From Octopus bimaculoides (Eukaryota), in the NCBI RefSeq assembly GCF_001194135.2, contig NC_068991.1, positions 80,143,486-80,191,139 on the forward strand: a stretch of DNA of 47,654 nt, given 5' to 3'. Of the stretch, positions 1 to 12,353 are shown in pieces. The notes beneath the pieces are model-generated. The model had not been told where the DNA came from and searched no databases. It worked only from the letters and a program-made list of their open reading frames with translations. Within the stretch, counting starts at the first letter, position 1; every line of letters starts with the position of its first letter. Made by a program: the position numbers and the translations under genes.

Positions 1-488
1 CTACGGTGAACAGGCCACTAAATAACTTACAGTTTACAAGTTCCATTGAGAAATTTATGGTGAACAGATCATAGTAAAACTATTTCGAAAAACGGATTAC
101 TGAATAACTAAGTTCCAATGAAAAATTGACTGTGAACGAGTCATTGGAATGAAATGAAAGAGAAGCAAATGTGGCTAACCAAGGCTGGTTTACTTAGTTC
201 CAGGTTGGCTGGTTATTGTCAATGAATGTGGACAATTGTGTCGGAGAAGAAGGAAGAAAGATACTCACTTGCCTCATCAGATGCGCAGCAATGAAAACGC
301 ACACATTGGAATATCAGAACCGTGTGTGCGCGTTCACACACGCGTGTGTGCGTGTGTGTGTATGATTGAGTGAATGCATGTATGAGTTTGTATTGCTAGT
401 GTTAACAGTATTTCCTTCCGTTGTTCTCTAATGTGCTACTGAACATATTTGCAGATAACTTTATTTAGCCCACGCTGTATGTCACGCC

Positions 489-516
489 GAATCTAAGCAC
501 TGCACACGCATTCACA

Positions 517-567
<51 letters not shown>

Positions 568-730
568 ACACTTACGCACAGATGGTATGCATGTATGTAT
601 ATATATGCATATGTATATACATATACACTCACACATATTTGTGTGTATGCGTGTGTGTGTGGGGTTCTAATCGTTCCCAAGTCAGATATTGAAGGAACGG
701 CTGCATATGCATTCTTTAATACACAGCGAT

Positions 731-799
<69 letters not shown>

Positions 800-975
800 A
801 CACACACACACACACATGTATATTCATGTATACCACAGGCATGCTTACACATGGATACAATTATACACATATACATACATATAAATATACATACATGCAT
901 ATATATAAATGTACAAACATCCATCCATACATACGCACATACATACATACACATACGCACATACATCCAACCATA
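489..975. repeat. Compound (CA)n/(TA)n/(CATA)n microsatellite block
   Basis: Direct inspection; source of the spurious CV/TH/YI ORFs at 465-1048. Confidence 0.95.
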
Positions 976-1536
976 CATGCACACTAACACGTACTTGTTG
1001 ATCAGCATATATAACAACCAGAATCAATGCCAAATACGATGTCTTTAAGTTAACGTGAACGTGCTGGGTATTCCATGAATCAAATTGAAAGACAACCTAT
1101 TAAAAGACATTAAAGAAATTGGAAGACATGCTGTTACTCCTGATAAACAAATGGAAAATATCCAAGAAGATTTGCGCATTAAGCATTTAGAATTACTGTC
1201 GGAGTAAATCTCCAGGCGCCTTTTAGAACTACAAGCTACACGGACTCACGCAAATATATGGAAAATATTTAATGGAGTTCGCATGTGTGGTATACTACCC
1301 GAGATCAGTGTATTATCGAAAGGATTTGAAATCATTGTGAACTGCATTCGACCGAGCAGGGTGTATAGGGAGAGCAGTTGAAGGGATAGAGTATACGAGA
1401 GTATATTAGTATGATATATGGTGTGGCCGTGTGGTATAAGCTTGTTTCTCAATTATATGGCTTAGGGACCAGTCCGTTCGAATGGACAGCCATGTTGAAG
1501 TGGCTACGAACATTATTTAGAGATGCGGCACGGAAT

Positions 1537-1585
1537 TTTGTCTGAATAAGTCGCGGTTTCAAAGCGACGAAAATATTTTTACAAA
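1537..1585 (+). ncRNA. Decayed minimal type I hammerhead ribozyme-like motif
   Basis: UUUGU-CUGAAUA-A-GUCGC(GGUUUCAAA)GCGAC-GAAA-AUAUUUUU-ACAAA: 5-bp helix I, 5-bp helix II, GAAA, palindromic AAAUAUUU. Core has G8>U, breaking the 3-8 pair. Confidence 0.55.
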
Positions 1586-2339
1586 TTAAATTTAAATGTT
1601 GAAGTGAATCTAACGGTTTTTGTGTGTTTTAAATGGCTTATAAATATCTTCCACGCTGCAGTAGAAGTATATACACACACACATATATATAATATATATT
1701 ATATATATACATATAGATAGATAGATATAGACATACATACATATATACATACATACATAACATCAACTGAAGTGATATTATGTAAGGGTTATTTTCTTAA
1801 ATAACTATTACAGACTCATGTATTAATTGCATTCAAAACATCAACATTTGGCTTTGAGTTTATACAATCATGTATGTAGATATACATGCATGGTTCTACT
1901 CATACACACACCCATATATATGATTTTAATATAATATTGTTTTATCCTTTTAATGGCTTCAGTTGTGACGCAGCGACTTCAGATATTTGAGTCGATAATA
2001 TTGACCTCAGTATTTATTTGCTTACTATTTACTTTAACGATCTCTATTTGTCAAATGGCTAAGTTACAGGTTTGACATAAAAGTATATCGTTCAATAACA
2101 TCGGTTTACATACAAACACACGCACATACATATATAATAGACCTATGCATGTACACAAATACACAGGTAGGAGCCCTTAATATATACACATCTCAAAAAT
2201 AAATAGACACCTCCCTTTATACGGTTTTATCTGTGCGGACTGTCCATGCTGCTTCAAACTTGTTATTGCAATATTATTTTCATGTCAGTAGCGACGTCGA
2301 TGATGAAGATACTCACAGAAATACTCCGAGGCATTTGGA

Positions 2340-2790
2340 GTTGCTTTGCAACATCAGCGGGGATTACTTTCATTAATGCACTTGACAGCACGAAGACACC
2401 TACCAGCTGAGATCGATCTGAGCAGGACGCTGTCGGTTCCTTTCCAATTTACAATCACTCTGTTGACTGTATCAGGAAGAATCTCGTGATTTTGTACAAA
2501 CTTACTCTGGCTGTGTCCATCTTCAGATTGATTCACAATAGGTCCTCTCTGAAAACTAGTCAGCTTTTTTGGTCCTGGTGTTCGCGGCATGGCTAACTTA
2601 GTATAAGTCACAGAAACCGAATGGTGGTGCTGCAAGGTGATAAGAGAGGCATTCTCTTTTATGCTATCCCGGTCATCGTATTCCAGGCAGCGCCACCGTC
2701 CGGGTTCTGTGACTGAAAAGGAGATAGCTACCCCGAAATGCTCGCGTCTCACAGTTTGGATAGGTGGCGCTGTGAGCTGATCCAGGTGTA
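2340..2790 (-). mobile_element. Tc1-like transposon remnant (N-terminal HTH of transposase)
   Basis: ORF 2354..2752 contains MPRTPGPKKLTSFQRGPIVNQSEDGHSQSKFVQNHEILPDTVNRVIVNWKGTDSV, resembling the Tc1/Tc3 paired-like HTH; no catalytic domain visible. Confidence 0.6.
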
Positions 2791-3940
2791 TTTACAGCAT
2801 TCGTCTACAGCGAGAAATGTCTTGCTAACGAGTTCGAACGTGTCACTGCCATATTTAAACTAGTAACAAGACTGCACGGTGAACCATGTTAAACGTTAGA
2901 AGAAAAAAAACTTAGTCCTTTCTTGCAATAAATGCAAGTACAGGAAAAAATTTTACGAACCTTTAGAATACAACTATGAATCCCCAATTTACTATTTTGC
3001 TTGTGTGGACCCCTAAAATCTTATATGGATTCCCAAGCGTCATTGGAACCTTGTTCAGAACTACTGCTATTAACAATTTATTTACAGTAATCAGAAATGA
3101 AAATTAATTACATTAACAAATTTGAAGTGCCAGATAGCGTCCAAATTTTCTGTTTATTACCAAAACAAATAGATTTATAAGAGATACTTTGACGCACCCA
3201 TGCATACATGTTTATATAGAATAAAAAGAATTTTTTTTTTTTTTTTTGCAAGAAATGAAATAATCAAGAATAAAAAGAAAAGGTAAGGAAGAAGTCAAAT
3301 ATTTCGGAGTGGGAAGTGGGTGGAGATGTTAGGAAAGAAGAAGAGGAGGGAGAAGAAAGATAGGAAGATAGGAGTAGAAAGTTGTAATCTTCAAGGAGGG
3401 ACCATAGTAGTCGTCGTTAAAGTTGGTCGCTCACTGCTTCGCAATAAATATATAGAGACATGCGCGTAGCCGCACGCACACCACGTGGACACCTAAAGGA
3501 AGATCTAAAGAGATCCCAAAGTTAAGGAAATCTATCAAAGAAAGGGTCTGCTATAAAGACATAGAACAAAATCCAAGTGGGGTGGGCAATGTAGTTATTA
3601 TCGGGTGGGTAAGGCATTTAAGAATGTATTACATAATTTGCATCTGCAATTAAGAATAATTACGACCTGTACACACAAGATATACAATACACAAACACGC
3701 ATGCGCGCACATGTACAAGCACACAAAAAGATTTGCTATTGGTTCAGGTCTTCAATGACCAAACAGATAAAGGGTCGCAGGTGTAGCCAGCTCGTCTTTT
3801 ATTTAGAAAATGTAACTAAGGCTCCATTAAAAAGGAAGAAGAGTGACGAGTGATTTGAGAGATTTGGCTGCTATTTCTAGCTAGTGTAGTTGATGCTTTC
3901 TTGTTTCATTTGTGAATATCAATCGCTCGGCGGCAGAGGT

Positions 3941-4170
3941 GGGCAGCCGAGCTGGCAGAATCGGTAGCACGCCGGGCGAAATGCTTAGCGGTATTTCGTC
4001 TGCCGTTACGTTCTGAGTTCAAATTCCGCCGAAGTTGACTTTGCCTTTCATCCTTTCGGGCTCGATAAATTAAGTACCATTTACGCACTGGGGTCTATAT
4101 AATCGACTTAATCCCTTTGTCTGTCCTTGTTTGTCCTCTCTATGTTTAGCCCCTTGTGGGCAATAAAGAA
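3941..4170 (+). mobile_element. tRNA-derived SINE, family A (well-preserved copy, long 3' tail variant)
   Basis: A-box-like TGGCAGAATCGG, B-box GTTCAAATTCC, body TTTGCCTTTCATCCTTTCGG..GATAAATTAAGTACC shared with >10 other copies in the window. Confidence 0.9.
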
Positions 4171-4195
4171 ACGTTAGAGTAATAATAGTATAGTA

Positions 4196-4529
4196 CAGAG
4201 GTTCTCAAACATTTTGGGTCACGGCCTCCCCATGGCCACATAATGCCCTCAACGCCCCCACCCCTATTTTTATGTATAAATAAATATTTTATATTTTACT
4301 AATCTATATATACTATGAAATATTTGATATTTAATATGATATATAATTTGTATACATTCCTTTTTCCCTACCACGCCCACCCCCACCTTAGGCACCAGCG
4401 CCCACCTGGACCGTCTCAACGCCCACCTGGACCGTCTCAACGCCCACCTGGACCGTCTCAACGCCCACCTGGACCGTCTCAACGCCCACCGGGGGAAGGG
4501 GGCGGTAGCGCCGACTCTGAGAACCTATG
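4196..4529. mobile_element. hAT-type MITE with internal 21-bp tandem array
   Basis: Termini CAGAGGTTCTCA / TGAGAACCTATG (11/12 inverted match). Flanks GTATAGTA (4188-4195) and GTTTAGTA (4530-4537) form a 7/8 8-bp TSD. Non-coding. Confidence 0.85.
4399..4490 (+). repeat. Perfect 21-bp tandem repeat CGCCCACCTGGACCGTCTCAA x4 plus 8 nt
   Basis: Units start at 4399, 4420, 4441, 4462; explains the RRSRWAL/QRPPGPS ORFs. Confidence 0.97.
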
Positions 4530-4639
4530 GTTTAGTAGAAGATTTTTGAAGGAAAAGAAAAGACAAGAAACTGGAAGAGAAGGTGGAAGAGAAGATGAGA
4601 AAAGAAGAGAAATAGTGTAAAAGTAGGTGATGATAGACG

Positions 4640-4986
4640 GAAGCAGAGGGAGAGAGAGAGAGAGAGAGAGGTGATGAAAGAAAGTGAGCTGGAGATGAAG
4701 AAAGAACAATATAGAGAGAGGGAGGACAGACAGACATATAGGCACACGGACAGATTGAAAAGAAGATATAAAAAACTTCAGGTAGATAGACAGACAGAGA
4801 GATAGATGGAGAGATAGACAGACAGCCAGATAGATGGAGAGATAGACAGACAGACAGATAGATGGAGAGAGAGAGAGAGAGAGAAGTAACTAAAGGAATA
4901 AAGATGTGAAGAGTTAAAGAGAATATTGAAATAAATAGGCAGCTAGCTATCTAGGTTAATAGATAGACAGACAGACAAACAAATAA

Positions 4987-5043
<57 letters not shown>

Positions 5044-5045
5044 GG

Positions 5046-5097
<52 letters not shown>

Positions 5098-5410
5098 GGT
5101 AGATAGATAGATAGATGCATACATACATTCATACATGCATATATAGGTAGGTAGGTAGGTAGGTTGAAACATAGATAGACAGACAGATAGATGGAGAAAG
5201 ACAGAGAGAGAAGGGGAGGGCATGACAAACAGAGAGCTAGATGGAGAGGTGAGTGAAAGACCTTTAGCGAGATTATGTGAACTTGAGACAGACAGAGTTA
5301 ACCAAAGATAGAGATAGCAAGACATGCACTAAAAGGACAGAGAGGGTGGGAGAGAGGGAAGGAGAGAGATAGCGAGAAAGAAGGAGAGAGAGAGAGAGAG
5401 AGAGATGTAA
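4640..5410. repeat. Purine-rich (AG)n/(GATA)n/(GACA)n/(GGTA)n microsatellite block
   Basis: Direct inspection. Confidence 0.95.
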
Positions 5411-5659
5411 GAGGAGCACAATGGAGTATAATTATGAAATAGAGCTATTTCAAGATGGCGCCAATGTTAGTATTGCATGCGTGTAGTTGAAGCAACGTGT
5501 TAGTGGCGTCACCATTGTCATCTTGAACTACTGTCAACTCTTAAAGACTTCATGTCACTTTTCGAGCTTTCACTAAGACACTTGACATTCTACATAGCAA
5601 GGAGAATGTCGTCTATACCTCAGAGAGAATGATTCACTCGACAATTAACACCACCACGA

Positions 5660-5794
5660 CTGCTTCTTCTTCTTCTTCTTCCGCAGCACAACTACAGCGA
5701 TATAATTACCACTCCCAATGATAGTCAAAATCACCACATTCTCGACGCCGACTACTACCTCCACCACCACCACCACCACCACCACTACCACCAC

Positions 5795-5850
<56 letters not shown>

Positions 5851-5960
5851 TCACCATCATTATCATCATCATCATCATCATCAACACTGCTATCATCGCT
5901 ATTATCATCCTAATCGCGACTACCATCACAACAACCATCATCATCATCACCGCCATCATT
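5660..5960. repeat. Compound trinucleotide array (TTC)n-(ACC)n-(AAT)n-(ATC)n
   Basis: Direct inspection; source of poly-T/I/V/M ORFs. Confidence 0.95.
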
Positions 5961-6952
5961 CTTATGATTCTGATAGCTCGCCGCTCGTAAAGAACAGCTT
6001 AATAAAACAGTGCTAACTGCTCTGGACGGACAGGATGGTCATTAGGATATCAATGGACATCGACGGAAAGGCCATTACAGTTGGAATGTCTCTGGGCATA
6101 GGTGTGTGCGATCAGTTTACCTCCTAGAGCTAAAAAAAAAACCATATCCTCACGGCTCCCCCCGCCAGCAACGTTATTACTTAGAAGAGGATACCGCCAC
6201 CACCACTAACACACTCGACCCCACCACCACTAGCTTCACCAATGTTAACACCACCTCCATTAGCAAATTCAAGAACAACAACAATAACAACATTCCTGGC
6301 AACCGTGGGTGGGCAAATACAGTTTTATAAGAACAAGCGTAGGAGTAAGCATGTTTTACAAAACGTTGAGAAGGTAATATTTTTGTGGTCAAACAAAAGC
6401 CTGATGCTTCGTAATTTAGTCACAAGGTTTAAATTAGAAAGAGAAGTCGATTAATTGAAACTGAGTGCTTGATTTGTACATTATTTTATAGATTCCGAAA
6501 TGATAAAGTTGACTTTCGCGAGAATTGAACTCAGAAAGAAGTCTGCAGAAATACTGCAAAGCAATTTATATTCTAACGATTTTACCAATCCACCACCAGG
6601 AACAAAAGTTAGACTATCAAAGGAATATCATAGAGAACTAATTACTTTAAGATGTAAAAATTTAAGGAACAATGAAAATAAATGGTAAAACTCCCTGCCA
6701 GACACACACACACACACACACACTCGCACATGGGTGAAGGGATCAACACCTAGGTAAAACAATACACTCTTCTATGGCTCAGGTCATCCTCCGCTATTCA
6801 GAATCGAACCTTGTTATTTGAAAGTGTTTTTCTGGTCAGTTAATCCGGGAAATAAAAAGCAGTAAAAATATTCCCATAAAATGGAAAGAAATTTTTTTTA
6901 AATGAATGCTTTTTGGGGGGTTTTTGCGAAATACAAGTGAAGATATTTACTA

Positions 6953-7008
<56 letters not shown>

Positions 7009-7204
7009 CAGAGAGAGAGGGGTAAAGAATATATTAAAAACGTTGACATCATAGAAATAAAATATATATTTATGCTTGCAGAAATCATCTAGCGAAGGTA
7101 TGGTGGAGGATGGCATGCTTGGAAAAACGTGAGCGACTTTCTTTTCATTCTGGTGAATATCGTATTTGATTAAAATAACAAAACACTACAGGTACATTCA
7201 CAGA

Positions 7205-7208
7205 ATAA

Positions 7209-7255
<47 letters not shown>

Positions 7256-7320
7256 ATAGAAGTAGTAGTAGCAGCAGCAGCACCAGCAGCACCAGCAGCA
7301 CCAGTAGTAGTAGTAGTGAA
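7205..7320. repeat. (TAG)n/(CAG,CAC)n trinucleotide array
   Basis: Direct inspection. Confidence 0.93.
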
Positions 7321-8009
7321 GCACCAACATCAACGGAAGATCAAACATATTGCGTCAGGAGAATATGAAATAAAATGATTTGTCACAGTGAAAAGCCACA
7401 TTGTATGGGGGGGAGGTGATATTGATAAAGTTTAATAGCACCTCTGCAACCAAGGCCCACGAGATTAGTAAAGTGATCAGTTATACTATAAAAGCTGTTT
7501 ACTGCTAAATTCTCCTAGGTTTGACAAAGTCCCTATCACCTGTTCTAAACACGTCTCAAATACTCGTGAATTTGTGACAGCAGCATTCTGTGAATTAACA
7601 AATACACCAGAATCAACAACTCAGTTGTTATTATAGATGGAGTGTGTGGGGGAGAGGGAGTATATTGATTATTGATTCCTTAAATCAAAATCACCAGGCC
7701 TCCAAAGCTACAGGCCTGTAACTTATTTTTCAACTACATACAAAGATCCTAAACTGTTGACTGCTCACCAGAAGAAATAATGACATGTTGCAAGAAGGAA
7801 TAAAGAGTGGTAAATCAAAAGCAGCAGGAAGAGAAAGAAAACGCCGCGCATGGATCGATTATCAGAAATCATTTCTTGGATAATGCAGACATATTATGTA
7901 AATAAGCAGCATCAACACTAAAACGGTATATCGACCAAGCCGTGTTAAAATGAAATAAAAACAACATAGAACTGCAGGGCAAAGAGGAAAGATGAACCAA
8001 ATCTAAACC

Positions 8010-8645
8010 CACAAGACGAGAGTTCTTTGAAGGAGATTTCTTATCTCCTGTACTGCTCAACTTTGGTGCCTTTTAAAACGTAACCATCAATTGTTATAAA
8101 AAGCAAAATACGAAGTGTAAACCATTTCTTCGATGTGAATTAGTTAAATCTGTTAAATATAAATGTCTATCAGAAAAACTTAACCTGAAGATTGATCCTA
8201 AATTTAATCAGGATAAAGAAATGAGCATGGCACCACTCAGGATATAGAAATGGGTTTGGAATTAGAAGAATGCGGCAAAGCTACCTGTAAGAACAAACAA
8301 GTTAGCTAAAGCAGAACATTAAATTAGACAGAGCCAATGAAATCAAGGCATTAGACCAAAGTCATCCATACTAATTCTTAGAAGCCGATGAAAGTGATAA
8401 GATGCAACACAAATGAAAGGAAAATTATAAAAGACTAGAAAAGTGACACTAATATTAGAACCTGAATTTAAAGCGAAAAGTAAGATTATAGGGATAAATA
8501 CACTAGCTAATCCAGTTATAAAACTACAGTTTCGAAGTAATAAATTGGAATGTAAGTAAATTGAAGACCTTCAAGTTGGAAACAAGAAATATTGTTACGA
8601 TACAATCAACTGAAAACTGATATACAAAGGATTTACCTATGTCAC
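8010..8645 (+). mobile_element. R4/Dong-clade non-LTR retrotransposon RT remnant (frameshifted)
   Basis: Manual translation gives RREFFEGDFLSPVLL (cf. RGIFQGDSLSPLLF), QDIEMGLELEECGKAT, EFKAKSKIIGINTLANPVI/YSFEVINW and KTDIQRIYL, in the expected order. Confidence 0.75.
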
Positions 8646-8865
8646 ATGCATTGCTTCATATAAAAAATGACTACAACAACAATAATGGATGTGGGAGAGG
8701 AAACTGGTGAAGGTAATGTGGGAACCTGTGAAAAACAAAACTTATTTCTCCATAAATAAGTGAATAATTAAATGCAAGGTGGAAATTAACCACAGCAAGG
8801 AGATCGATTTTGATAAAGGATAATAAACACATCAGAAGAGATACAGGAAAGGACTAAATCAAAAT

Positions 8866-8990
8866 GAATATATGAAGGGGGAAAATATATGAAGGGGGGG
8901 AAATATATGAAGGGGGGAAATATATGAAGGGGGGGAAATATATGAAGGGGGGAAATATATGAAGGGGGGAAATATATGAAGGGGGGAAAT
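8866..8990 (+). repeat. ~17-bp minisatellite AATATATGAAGGGGGGA x~7
   Basis: Direct inspection; G-run length varies from 5 to 7. Confidence 0.95.
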
Positions 8991-10115
8991 GAAGAAACAG
9001 ATCAGTAGAGGCGAGGGAGTGAGTGAACAATTTCAGAACGGATCAAACGCTCTCGACGTAAAGCAGCGATGGATAGTCTCATTTTAGCAGTACAAGATCA
9101 ATTTTAATCCGTAATACATACATACATACATACATACATACATACATACATACGCACACGGGTGCATACATCCCAGACATGTATGCAAACACACGCAGCT
9201 GATGCACCGCTGTTATTCACACACACATAAACCCGCACACAAGCACACACATAGCAGATACACACCCACACCAACACGCACCCACGCGCACCCACACCCA
9301 AGCGAACCCGTACATAAACACCATCGAGCTGATGCCGTCAGCTCAAACACACACGTCAGGTTTTAGGCACACGCACGTACACACACGTATGTATGTATGT
9401 CCATACACAAGCTAGGGAAATAAGAGGCAAATATCACGTGTTAAGTTTGCAACCAGGATATTGAAATGAATTTGAAGGTCGTCTCTGGTTGCCCAGTTTT
9501 TCAAAGTCAGAATATATCAATAGATGATAGATAGAGTTAGTAGTTATGTCTTTCGGGCAATATGGCGACAATTTGATGTAAAAACTATGTCCTTACAAAT
9601 AGTATTAAAGAAAGACTGAATGCGACATTGAGGAAGAATCCTGTTCACATTGAGAAGGAAATCAAGTGAAACCCTTGAAACGGATAATGAAGGACTGGAA
9701 GGAGACTTTCTGCATCGTGATAGCAATCTTGAATCCTTCTGCTTGAAACGCACCTCGAGATAAATTCAAGTAACTGTCAAGTAGAAAACTATTGAAATGG
9801 AAATAATCGAAATGTGACGTACGAAAGTAATGACACCAACGCTAATTAGGTCTCAGGTATGAGAAGGAGGATGAACATGAATAAAATCTCTTTACAAAAA
9901 AACATGCTTGTAGCCTTGATTGTGTAGATCAAGTATTGGTAACCTTTTCGAGAAACGGGCTGCATAAGACATGACTCAGGCAGGCGGCGCTACAAAATAT
10001 GTTCAATGCAATTGTTTGTTAAATGTGCCATCCAGAAAGTCTTACAGACTGATGTTTCTCCATAACTGATGTAGATTATGTTGTGAGAATTGTATTTTAT
10101 GAGTGGGTATTAATT

Positions 10116-10328
10116 AAGGCGACGAACTTGGCAGAACCGTTAAGATGTTGAACAAAGTGCTTATCAGCATTTCGTTCTTCTTTACGTTCTGAGTTCAAAT
10201 TCCATCGAGATCGATTTGTCTTTCATCCTCTCAGGATCGATAAAATAAGCACCAGTCAAATACCGTGGTCGATCTAATCGATTTCCTCTCCCCTCAAAAA
10301 CCCTAGAACTGTGCCAAATTTTAAAATC
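10116..10328 (+). mobile_element. SINE family A copy (diverged)
   Basis: AAGGCGACGAACTTGGCAGAA head, ACGTTCTGAGTTCAAATTCC, GATAAAATAAGCACCAG. Confidence 0.85.
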
Positions 10329-10662
10329 GTGTGCTAGGGTGTGCGCTGTGCGCTATGTAAGTTAGTTGTGTATTTTAGTGACGAGTTGTGATTGCATAGA
10401 GTAATTCTGCCAAGGACAGCCTCCACTTTGCGTAGGAATATCAATAATACATATAACACGCTTTCTGCATATAACACACTTTCTGCACTACAGTCGCAAC
10501 ATATACTCTACGTCCCCAACCTCCGCCGTGGGCCAGTAATCAGGCCGTGAATCATTTGCTACCGGCTCGAACAGAAAGACTAAATTTATAATTTTATTTC
10601 TATTTTATTGACTGTTGCTATCTCCAGGATGATTTTGCATTACACATGTATTATTTACAATA

Positions 10663-11582
10663 CGGGATGGGTGGGGTACCCAAGAGAAACCGGAATTTTG
10701 CAACGTTGTCTTATTCACTTAGTTTTACATGTTTAAACTTTTATCGCCTTCAAAATATTCTCCATTTCAAGCAATGTATCGGTCCAGGCGCGTTTTCCAC
10801 TGTTTCGAAGCAGTGCTGGAACTCTTCTTGCGAAGTGATGCCTTTTAATGCCTCCATCGTTTTCTTCTTCTCTTCTCTTCTACATCTGCAAATTCCATCA
10901 ACACTAGCTTTCATCACCAGTGATGACCCTCAAAGGAAGGTCCGGATCAACGTCCAACTGTTCTTTCAGTTCACGACACGCATTCACTCGTGATAGCTTT
11001 TGATCTTCCTTGAGCAAGCGAGGCACAAATTTTGCTGCAACTCTTGATTCGCAATTCCTCCCTCAAAATTCGTTGGCAGAATTCTCCAGTACGCACCAGT
11101 CATGTCAACAAGTTCGTCAAATGTTCCGTGACGATCCTCCACGATCACTTCATGAATTTTCATGATGTTTTCATTCGTTCGGGAGGTCGACGGTCGCCCT
11201 GAACAAAATTGGTCTTCAAGCGATAAGTGACCATTCCTAAAGGGTGAAAACCACTCATAAACTTGTGTTTTGCTCATGGCAGCCTCCTTGTAAGTTGTTT
11301 GACGCATGACAGCTCTTTCGGCCGTCGTTTTCTCAAGTAGAAAACAGAATTTCACGGAAGCACACTGTATTTTTCGTTTCAACCATCGCAAAAATCGACG
11401 AACAGGGGAGAAGCACTGCAAAACAAGGACGCAACACGTGGCAGTACGACCACTGCTGACAACGTTGGCCGGAAGGCGGATGCCTGAGGGTTGCATCAAA
11501 TAGCTTCTAGCGGCGGACGCCTGAATTACAACGGGTTCGTCTCCCAGAGAACGTTTCAGGTTACTTTTCGGTACCCCATGTG
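10663..11582 (-). mobile_element. Mariner element with TIRs and internally deleted transposase
   Basis: Minus strand gives MSKTQVYEWFSPFRNGHLSLEDQFCSGRPSTSRTNENIMKIHEVIVEDR (N-terminus) and FADVEE..KKKTMEALKGITSQ..EYFEGDK (C-terminus). TIR core GGGGTACC(C/G)AA at both ends, TA at 10661 and 11583. Most of the catalytic region is missing. Confidence 0.85.
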
Positions 11583-12091
11583 TAATAATTTATTGCATTA
11601 CGTGCGTTGATTCCCCAGGCCTGTGGGATAATTATCTTGCATGGAACCGGTTCTTGGTGCCAACAATGTTGGACATTGTTGCTTTACATAACCTCTACCC
11701 TATAATATAACGCATACTGCACAGCACATATTCTACATAGCCATCACCAACTGCTAAAATTCATAACAGAACTCATATATTACATACCCTAACCAATAAT
11801 ACTACATAGCGTATATTTGTCATCTGCCACTAAATCTCATAACTCAACTCTCTTAATACATTCAATCACTTTCCAATACAACTCACAGTACGTTCTCTGC
11901 ACACTTATTACCGCTGCTAAAACATGTAACACCGTTCATATAACACATACTCTATACGAACGTCATGCTATAACGCATTCCACACGGAACATACTCGATG
12001 CATTCATCAGCCAGTAATATAACATGACAAAACTCATTTAAGGCACGTTCACCAAAACGCAATCACCAACCAACAAAACAACACCACTCAC

Positions 12092-12129
<38 letters not shown>

Positions 12130-12273
12130 GGCCAACAGACGTAACACTAAAGTAAGATCTAGAAAGAACAAAACAAACCTTCGCAAAAAAGCAAAACTGA
12201 TGTAATTATACAAACACGAATCAACAGTCCCAAAAGACAATGTTAAAGTAAGTTCAGAGGCGCGACAATTCAC

Positions 12274-12353
12274 CTGGTGGTGGGGGTCGGGGTGCTGCTG
12301 CTGCTGCTGCTGCTGTTGCTGCTGCTGCACAAATGGACATGGAACTAGGGACC
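12274..12353 (-). CDS. Candidate isolated 80-nt internal exon with CAG repeat (poly-Gln or poly-Ala depending on frame); host gene unidentified
   Basis: Acceptor ctctcattgtttcttgtcAG|G and donor CAG|GTGAAT. Two frames are open: SLVPCPFVQ11HPDPHHQ or VPSSMSICAAAATAAAAAAAPRPPPP. GC-rich island in non-TE flanks. No partner exon found. Confidence 0.5.

Noticed and set aside
1472-1499. GTCCGTTCGAATGGAC palindrome resembling the fused termini of the 26.7-27.6-kb element
   Set aside because: Only 8-9 bp of similarity and a different motif order; too short to claim an excision footprint.
3817-3853. Possible + strand terminal exon ..KAPLKRKKSDE* after a ttttatttAG
   Set aside because: No upstream exon or other support; such matches are common by chance.
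3941-4030. tRNA-like A/B boxes in SINE heads
   Set aside because: No cloverleaf or anticodon arm, and each continues into a shared SINE body; not tRNA genes.
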